DNA of 63,668 nucleotides, counting the filler, from Octopus bimaculoides (Eukaryota): assembly GCF_001194135.2 (NCBI RefSeq). It is 5 parts of 5 records of this genome, joined end to end, with 100 filler letters (N's around TTAATTAATTAA, not from the genome) between each part and the next. Parts side by side here need not be neighbours in the genome. Positions count along the whole stretch, not along the records: positions 52,452 to 63,668 come from NC_068985.1; 4 more parts are not named here. One strand, 5' to 3'. The position numbers were made by a program, and so were the translations under genes. Of the stretch, positions 55,572-63,668 are shown one piece after another; position 1 is the first letter of the stretch; every line of letters starts with the position of its first letter. A model generated the notes under the pieces. That model made no database searches. It had not been told where the DNA came from and saw nothing but the letters and a program-made list of their open reading frames with translations.

Positions 55572-55617
55572 TCTTACAGCTGTTTCCGGGATATTTTATA
55601 TACCCCTTCATCGGAGA
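55572..55617 (-). ncRNA. Minimal type I hammerhead motif of Penelope-like type
   Basis: Minus strand TCT-CCGATGA-A-GGGGTATATAAAATATCCCG-GAAAC-AGCT-GTA-AGA: 3-bp stem I, palindromic AGCU stem III loop, GUA triplet. The core carries U4-to-C. Confidence 0.5.
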
Positions 55618-56819
55618 CGGTGTGAGAAAATGGTTAAGCAATAGTTATTTTAGATAATATATGAAATAGAGAGTGAAGTGGAGGAATGAAAATAGACGTG
55701 AGATATGCAGGGACTTTGCATCTGTAGATCCATTATTTAGGCAGAATGGTATACAGGAGGCCTCGTCTCTGTGGATCGTATGGTTTCAGGGTTATTTCTC
55801 TTCATCGCGGCTAAACACCCGTTCAAAAATATGTATATACTTTTCTAAGTGACTCACAGTCACTGATCTAATAAATAGAAACATTCTTGCTCCCAAATCT
55901 CTCAACGAGAGATATTCAGTAACAGCACTTTAAACTAACGATTATTTGCCAACCTGATGTGGCAGTCCTGTTTGGGGCGAATGCTACTGTTGTTTAGCCC
56001 CAGGAGACATCACCTGCAGCTGGTTATACGACATACGATCTGTGTCCTATGTATATCTATGTCTCTGACTATCTGCCTGCCTTTGTGTGTGTGTGTATGT
56101 GTGCGTGTGTGCATGTGTGTGTGTTCTCAACAACTTTTATAACTTATATTTTATAACAGTGTTGTTCTACACTTTTTTCTTTTTAATTTTACAATTTATA
56201 ATTTTGACATTTTTCTGTTCTATTGCTTATATTTCTTCATTTGGATTCTGTCTAGTTTTAAGTGCATCAATCTTCATCAGTTGCGCCCGATATAGTGAGT
56301 GTTTCTTAATAGTTTTCTAGAGTCGTATAAAGTATCTAGCAAGTATTCATTTTCTTTCAGATGATCTGAACTTGTTTACTGGTTATTTTTCATAAAATTT
56401 TCCCGTAACTGATATATGTAGGTTAAGGTGTAGTATGCTATGATTTATTGAAGTTTCTTTATTCATGCGTGTATTGTACGTGTCATTGAGGTGCGGAACA
56501 TAACTGATATAACATTCTTAGAAGACACTAAATTAAATAGTAAAGCCTTTTATAGTTGAATTTCCCAGAAATCGGAACTCATGAGATACAAAGAAGCGTA
56601 CTTGCGCGCGCAGACACAAGCACGAACATACACATATATTAACCCACACATATTAACCTTTGCATACACATGCATAAACTAAGAATATGCAAAAGAAACT
56701 AATAAATTATAGTAACTAATGAATTTATATACAAATATAAATATTTAGGGGTGAAAAAAGTATTCGTACAGAACATAAATAACTGATAATTCTGATTCAA
56801 TACTTCGTAGCATAACAAG

Positions 56820-57310
56820 GCATTTTAATGTGGTGTGAAAGAAGGAAAGTTGTAAATCTAGTCGAGTTAACGGTTCCTCGTGAAGATAATATGGACGCCG
56901 CTCGGGCTCGAAAGATGGACCGTTATGTAAACCTCCTCGAGAAATGTGAAGACGCAAGCTGGAAAGCGGAGCATTTTCCAATCGAAGTTGGATGTAGAGG
57001 ATTTGTAGGACACAGTGTAAGACGACTGCTGTTATCGTTAGGCCTAACTCATCGTAAGGTAAATACCATCATGACCGATATCCAAAATACAGTGGAGAAG
57101 GCTAGCCGCTGGATTTGGTTAAAAAAAGACGATGAGCGATGGCTAGAGAAATATTGAGCTTTGTTTTAATAACCAGTTGATCTAGCAAGCGGGTCCTCAT
57201 ATCAGTAATATAATGCCGTCGAGAGGTAGGCCCCGAAACGGCGCGCATTCTCTCCTGATGACCCCATACACTTGCTGGCTTCCGGTATGCGGAGTTCTTG
57301 ACTGGTAGCA
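56820..57310 (+). mobile_element. HERO-like (RLE) non-LTR retrotransposon 3' fragment with 3' UTR
   Basis: ORF 56828-57157 LVELTVPREDN...RKMDRY..L...C....W.....PIEVGCRGF...EKASRWIWLKK matches the C-terminal endonuclease region of HERO/NeSL-type elements. Clade assigned from motif memory. Confidence 0.8.
57214..57269 (+). ncRNA. Candidate non-circularly permuted hammerhead ribozyme in the HERO-like 3' UTR
   Basis: GUC at 57218-20, GAAA at 57235-38, CUGAUGA at 57255-61. Stem III 57214-19/57238-43 (6 bp including G.U); stem I 57221-26/57249-54 (6 bp including G.U). The core-proximal stem II pair is missing (C opposite C). Confidence 0.5.
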
Positions 57311-57339
57311 CTTGCATGTGCGAGTTGTTTGCAAGACAT

Positions 57340-57720
57340 TATTCAGTTCCACTTCAACCAATCTCTTCTTGTAGTTCTTAATCAATGACTCGCATGTTTC
57401 TTTAGGAATTTTTTTCCCTTTCTTCTTGACAAATTTTCTTCAAATCTGGAATGCACATTGGGGCTCTTGAATGAGTTTTAATTTTCAAATAACGCCACAA
57501 ATTTTCAATGGCCATTCTAATAATTTTATATTGTAATTGGCAATCCATTTTTGGTAGACTTCGCCATGTGCTTAGGGTCGTTATCCAGTTGTAAAAACCA
57601 CCCTTCACAAAGCTGGAGCTTTTCTACAGTGTCCCATAAATTATTGTTCAAAATATTTTGGTACATCTCTGCATTCATTCTACCATCTAACACATGTAAA
57701 TTGCCAGTACCATTTTCAGA
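57340..57720 (-). mobile_element. Tc1-like (DD34E) transposase fragment
   Basis: GTGNLHVLDGRMNAEMYQNIL...LQLDNDPKHMAKST...AIENLWRYLK...DLKKICQEE. Confidence 0.85.
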
Positions 57721-57724
57721 GAAA

Positions 57725-58017
57725 CCTTTAGTCGAGCATATCGACCCCAGGACTTATTTTTTTAAAGCCTATTACTTATTCTATCGGTTTCTTTTGCCGA
57801 ACCGCTAAGTTACGGGGACATAAACACACCAGCATCGGTTGTCAAGCGATGTTGGGAGGACAAACACAGACACGCAAACAGATACACACACACACACACA
57901 TACATACATACACACACACATACACACGCATACACACACACGCACACACACACACANNNNNNNNNNNNNNNNNNNNNNNNNNNNNNNNNNNNNNNNNNNN
58001 NNNNNNNNNNNNNNNNN

Positions 58018-58049
<32 letters not shown>

Positions 58050-58165
58050 GACGGGCTTCTTTTCTGTTTTCCGTCTACCAAATCCACTCACAAGGCTTTG
58101 GTCAGCCCGAGGTTATAGTAGAAGACACTTACCCAAGGTGCCACGCAGTGGGACTGAACCTGGAA
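57725..58165 (-). mobile_element. Family C SINE, reverse orientation, with internal microsatellite and gap
   Basis: Same head and tail modules as 3855-4650. Further copies or fragments lie near 11513-11830, 12100-12350, 21690-21810, 31815-32150, 44400-44780, 53010-53070 and 63390-63450. Confidence 0.8.
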
Positions 58166-58289
58166 TGTATGTATATTGTTGTATCTAAGGAGATACATGC
58201 ATACACACACATATACATACATACACACACACATACACACGCATACACACACACGCACACACACACACATACGTGTGTATATGTATGTA

Positions 58290-59381
58290 TTGGGTCATTC
58301 CATAAATAATGCGGTTTTTTTATACTTCTTTTATTTTTCAAAATTAAGACACAAACTTCTTTTTTTAATGAAAAATATACTCTCCTTCAATTTCTACAAT
58401 GCTCTTCCATCTCTCTGGTAGACGTGCAAGGCCCCTCTTCTAAAATCCACTTGTCCGTAACGAAAATACTCCTCTAGTATTGTTCTGACCTCGTCTACAA
58501 AATTCATGTTTTTTTCCGTCCTAATGATTTTGGAGACTGCGGGATAAATAATCAGATGGGACAATGTCTAGCGAAAATGGTAGGTAGGGCATCGTTTTCC
58601 ATTCAAACTGCTCCAGCCTTTGGAATATCATCATTGCTGCATGTGGCCGAGCATTATCCTGATATGGAAGAACACTATTCGTCTTGAAACCAAAGATGAT
58701 CATTTAACTTCTAGCACTAACTTAAGTCGCTCAAGCTCCTCACAGTAGATTTCCTTTGTTATCGTTTGGTTTTGGTTTAAAAGTTCAAAGTGGACAAAAC
58801 CTTTCACATCCCAGCAAACAGATAACAGTACCTTACGTGGGTGAAGACCTTCTTTAATCTCGGGTGCTGGTGTTTCTCTTTTCCCTACCCACTGTCTTCG
58901 GCGCTTGACATTTTTATAGAGAACCCATTTCTTGTCACCAGTCACTATTCGATCCAAAAAAGGTTCATTCGTGAGATGTGATAGCAAAGAAGAGTGCACA
59001 TTCACTCTTTGCGCGCGATTAGACTAGGAAAGTTGGAGGAACCCATTGACCCAATTTGCTGACTTTTCCGATGGCGCGCAGATGTCGATGAATGTTTGAA
59101 TGACCAAATTCAAGCTTCTCTGCTAGTTCCTCAACAGTTACGATAGGATTTTGAACTCATAAAGCAAAATATACCGAATATGCGCCTTTGTCACTTCCAT
59201 TATAGCGTTGAAAAAATAACTGTTAAAATCGAACTGCACTCTTCAAAGCTTGCACTAAGAATAAGGACAAGGTAAGATTACCACATGCCTTTATAGCAAG
59301 CTGACGCGGGTAGTTTATCTCACCCCCTCCGACATTTAATTCATGCAACTGAAAAACCGCATTATTTATGGGAAGACCCAA
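58290..59381 (-). mobile_element. Mariner transposon with both TIRs and TA TSD, internally deleted (1092 bp)
   Basis: TIRs TTGGGTCATTCCATAAATAATGCGGTTTTT versus TTGGGTCTTCCCATAAATAATGCGGTTTTT (2 mismatches in 30), with TA on both sides. Motifs MEVTKAHIRYILLYEF, GQWVP, RIVTGDKKW, KVLLSVCWD, QDNARPH and FSLDIVPSDY. Confidence 0.95.
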
Positions 59382-59761
59382 TATATACAAAATACTTTTT
59401 GGTTTCGTATACCGCTTCTATCTCGTACAGGTTTTCTAACGGACTAGTTTCCTAGTTATAAAATCAGTGATTGTATGACACCATATTTTCTATATATTGC
59501 AAGCGAGGTTGAGCTGCTGTCGTGCCTGACGTCCGAATATCCACCACCGAGGATATCCAATACAGATCGAAACCACGTAGTCTGGTGTTCTCAGAGTTTG
59601 GGTGGCAGGAGTTATCTCCCGCTTGCAATAACTATCGAGTGCGAGAAGTGTAATGAATAAACCAGCTGGAGGAGATGGAGGGTTAAATGGTAGTATCGTC
59701 GTCTCTTAGAGGACAGCCACATTAATGTGGCCATAAACAATACTTTAGGGTTCGTATACTG

Positions 59762-60073
59762 CAATAAGTATCCGGACTGTTGCCATAATAACGAAGTTAA
59801 AGCACACAGAGTAAAGCCACTTGACAAAGATTGGCCTTAAATTCTGCTGTGCATGCGCACTAAGTTTTAATGTTCTAAGTCACTTCCGCTGTTTACAGGA
59901 GTGCTTGGGAGGAAGGTGTGTAGTGTGTGATCGTCGCGTTGACCATAGCAGAGAAGATTGTCAAGGCGATACCTGAATAGAGTTCAAGGTCAATCTTTGC
60001 CAAGGGTTTTACCTTGTATGCTTTAGCTTCGTTACTATGGTAACAATCCGGATACTTATTGATCAGACCGCGT
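59762..60073. mobile_element. Mariner-derived MITE or deletion derivative with about 80-bp inverted arms
   Basis: 59762-59840 and 59984-60061 are inverted repeats (11 mismatches and 1 gap in 79). The right end, read inward, is ACGCGGTCTGATCAATAAGTATCCGGA, a mariner-like TIR. The left terminus is degenerate. Confidence 0.6.
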
Positions 60074-60219
60074 TTGTCAAAAATGCGGAAGAACTCATGA
60101 ATAATCAACGACCGTTCTACAATATGTGTATATGTATATACTATTTTATCTTATTTTATTTTATATTATTTTATTTATATTTTAAATTTGATGTGCTTAA
60201 TTTCATATATTAGGAGGAC

Positions 60220-61030
60220 GATGGAGCTCCTTAACTGTGGTGAAGGCATCCCGTTTAGGAGAAGGAAACTCTGATATAAAACCAGGTCTTTCATTGCTGA
60301 GGGTCTTATTAACAGGGCTCTGTTTATAGCGGCTTGTCTAGGAGATGGAAACTTCTGAAGAAAAAACCTGAGGTGTGTTGTTCTTGGTATTGTGGCACAC
60401 ATGTGCACCATATTATTGCTATCATCACTTCCAAAAAGTGTGGCTGGTTCTACACAAGCCTTCAACACTAAAATCAAATCATATGTGTGTGTTTTCTAAC
60501 AACTTACATTTATTCGTTCAATACAGCGCAGCTCCAACTTGCAAAACTAAAAAGTCCTCCGGTGAGAGAGTGAAAGGGGCAGAGACAGGTAAAGGATATT
60601 ACTAGAAATCTCTTACTAGATCTCTACTCAGTTGGCGACCATTGGGTGATGGTCGTTCCAGCACAGAACTTGTGAGTAACTTTGATGTCTGTGTCCTCCA
60701 GTGGTTACAAAGCAGGTTTGTTTAGACACAGCACTGCTTTCTCTAACGGGTGTGGAGGGGTGGGGCGAGATAAGAAGCCTTGAACGTTGCTTACCCACCT
60801 TAAACTTGGCAGCCCCCTGCAGCTGTTTGGTTATTGAGAAATACAGTCGAAACATAAAGAAATTTAAGAATATTAACCTTGGTTTTCTGGAATGTGCGCA
60901 CTCTCCAAGACAATCAATCAGCATCAGAACGAAAAACAGCACTGGCTGCCCTTGAACTAAAGAAATACAACACTGACATAGCTACACGACCATATACTTT
61001 CTTGGAGTTCAGTAGCCTTGGAAGGCCACC
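60220..61030 (+). mobile_element. RTE LINE 5' region (5' UTR and start of the AP endonuclease)
   Basis: FWNVRTLQDNQSASERKTALAALELKKYNTDIA from 60885 is the typical RTE APE N-terminus. The duplicated AGGAGA(A/T)GGAAACT motif near 60255 and 60340 is RTE 5'UTR-like (inference). Confidence 0.7.
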
Positions 61031-62375
61031 AAGCCTCTTTCATCTGTCTTAGAGCACATTGGACCTGGCCTCTGCATTTCTTACAAGCATTCTTTTTTCT
61101 GGATGAGCTCTTATCACTTATCTATGTTTTGTGAGAGCCTTTTATGATGACCTCAAGGGCACGGTGTTACTCCTACTTTTTCATCCAAGAGAGAGACACT
61201 GTTAACTGACAAATCTGACTTCCTGAAACGATGGCACACGCAACATTAAGGTTCAGACACTCACTTCTTCCCCTTTGCCGTCGAGACGCCGGAACGAAAG
61301 CACATGACCTAGCTGGCTCTCATATATACGCAGACAGCTAGCTATCTCTCGCACAGCCGCGGCAGGTTACGCAGAAGAAGAACATGACCTCCACACATTA
61401 AACCCTTTCCATTATCATTCAACTTGTATATATATTTGAGGCCGACATTAAACGTATCTAAAGTTACAGCCTTGTTTTATGTATTCTTTATACAGTCTTC
61501 CTATCAAATGAGTAGAGTCATATTTAGATGGCTCTAGAACCACCATCTAAAGACTATTGAAAATGGAAATATGAAATTGTACTATCAATGTTTTTTCGGG
61601 GAGGTAGCAACGTGAATGAAGCGGTTTCCATTAAGACGGTATATTCCTTTGAATATACCGTGAATACTATTTCAACGGGGTGTAAAAAAAAAAAAAATAC
61701 CCTCCTACATTTATGAGGATAAATGTCTCAGCAGTAAGCACACGGTCCAAACCATGACAACAACTACAATACAGTCAAACATTAGCTATACGAAGATACC
61801 TCCACATTTGTCGAACATCCCTACCACCACACCAATAACCGTATATAGTATGAGAGATTTTATTGTCACACTCTAAAGCATTCATGAAATTGTAAGCTTT
61901 TTTTTTCATTTACTCTGAATTAAAACCTGATAAAATTTAAGAATAACTACGTAACCAGCAAATAAGCTAGTTCTAAAATCTCTACAAGAGATGAACGCAG
62001 TAGCTGTACTGGCAAGTAATGTTTGCCCTCTTGGTGTTAAAAAACCCCCCAGTAACGTCCGTTCGAACGGAACAGCCATGTTGAAGTGGCGATAAACATT
62101 ACTCGCCAACTATGTAACCTTTATATTGATAACAAACTCTTCCCTTCTTAACAGTGATCTCAGTTTGTGGAAATGATCTTTACTGCTAAAGGTTGTTTTT
62201 ACGTGTTACAAGTGAAACGGTTTGTTATTTTTTTGCTATGAATTTTCTCTTTAATTATCCTCTAATTTAATACAGTTGTTTCATTGTTTAAAATGGAAAG
62301 ATAGAGTGGCAAGAAGAAGAAGAATAATCACAGGCATATAACAAATCAAATCACTGTCAACTCACACGCACGCAT

Positions 62376-62451
<76 letters not shown>

Positions 62452-62634
62452 NNNNNNNNNNNNNNNNNNNNNNNNNNNNNNNNNNNNNNNNNNNNNNNNN
62501 NNNNNNNNNNNNNNNNNNNNNNNNNNNNNNNNNNNNNNNNNNNNNNNNNNNNNNNNNNNNNNNNNNNNNNNNNNNNNNNNNNNNNNNNNNNNNNNNNNNN
62601 NNNNNNNNNNNNNNNNNNNNNNNNNNNNNNNNNN

Positions 62635-62697
<63 letters not shown>

Positions 62698-63668
62698 TAC
62701 ACAATCATACGCGAGCGTGTCTATAACAACAAAACTTTACACTGCAAATGAATCCTTAATCGATCTTCAGAATGAGTATTCTAGTTTAAACAACTGAACG
62801 ACCTAATTATTGTATTTATGAGTAACTGCATACTCTATAGTAATCGAATACTCTGTAGATAATAATCCACACGTAACACCCTGGCAAAATCAATATCATC
62901 TAGATCCCGGGCTTTTTATGACATGAATTTCAGAGAAATTGAAATTGGGTATTTTATAGGCTTGTATCATATTTCATATAAATTCTTTCCTCTATTATAT
63001 ATAAATGAAGTCACTATTGAAAAATCCGTCTCACAAAGTTCGGGGTGTTACAACAAGCATTTTTTTCTTTTTTAATGTTTATTAAATATCATTGACAAAT
63101 ACTTTTTTTCCCCAGAAACTACTACAATCGAATTAGACAAGCGTCTCTTTAAAAGTACCGACTAACGTAAAATAGCCCATTTTATGGAGTGTTTCATAAA
63201 ACGTAGAACTTGTTCTGCACATTAGTTTGTATATAAACGGATTTTTCATTTTTACATAAGTTTCTCTTTTTCACCTAAGCTTCTCGGACAAAAATTGTGG
63301 TTCGTGAAAAATCTAAAAAAAAGGAGGAACTTTGAAAGAATTTGATATCTCTTTAAGATTGATATTTTTTCTATATATCATTTATGTTGTACTTGTTTCA
63401 GTAATGAGAGTGTAGCTATGCTGTGGTACCGCCTTGAAGGGTTTAGTCGAACAAATTCTACATATACACACATACATGGATAAAAAAATAACGCATTTAG
63501 CGTCAACAGACTCTCACACACATACATGCATTGTACGAATGGGTACATGCCCGCCCGTACGTCAATGTATGCACACATACACATGCGCGCACAACACACG
63601 CACACATACACACACACACACATACACATATACAAGTATGCATAGATATTTTTGTTTATATATATATA

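Noticed and set aside
56262-56312. Hammerhead-like GAAAC...CTGATGA on the minus strand
   Set aside because: No complementary stem I or stem III strand with an NUH triplet could be found.
59842-59983. Bidirectional host-gene promoter (NRF1, ETS and X-boxes)
   Set aside because: It is better explained as the interior of a mariner-derived inverted-repeat element, and no first coding exon is adjacent.

Overview
AT-rich, gapped eukaryotic scaffold, saturated with microsatellites and tRNA-derived SINEs. By repeat content it is most likely an octopus genome (inference, no database check). The only clearly supportable host gene is the 3' part of a plus-strand chitin-binding protein. It has two exons (22010-22216 and 25571-25779), each encoding one six-cysteine CBM14/peritrophin-A domain, and a possible signal-peptide exon lies at 7474-7527. 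The rest is decayed mobile DNA: R4/Dong-like, HERO-like and RTE non-LTR fragments, a Penelope-like GIY-YIG fragment, maT (DD37D), Tc1 and mariner transposons, MITEs and at least four SINE families. The most unusual signal is two unrelated hammerhead-ribozyme-like motifs (4022-4078, and 57214-57269 in the HERO 3' UTR). In both, the conserved segments occur in a non-circularly permuted, pseudoknotted order. Ordinary minimal Penelope-type hammerheads are also present. Most entries in the ORF track are artefacts of N gaps or microsatellites. No CRISPR, rRNA or true tRNA gene is supported.
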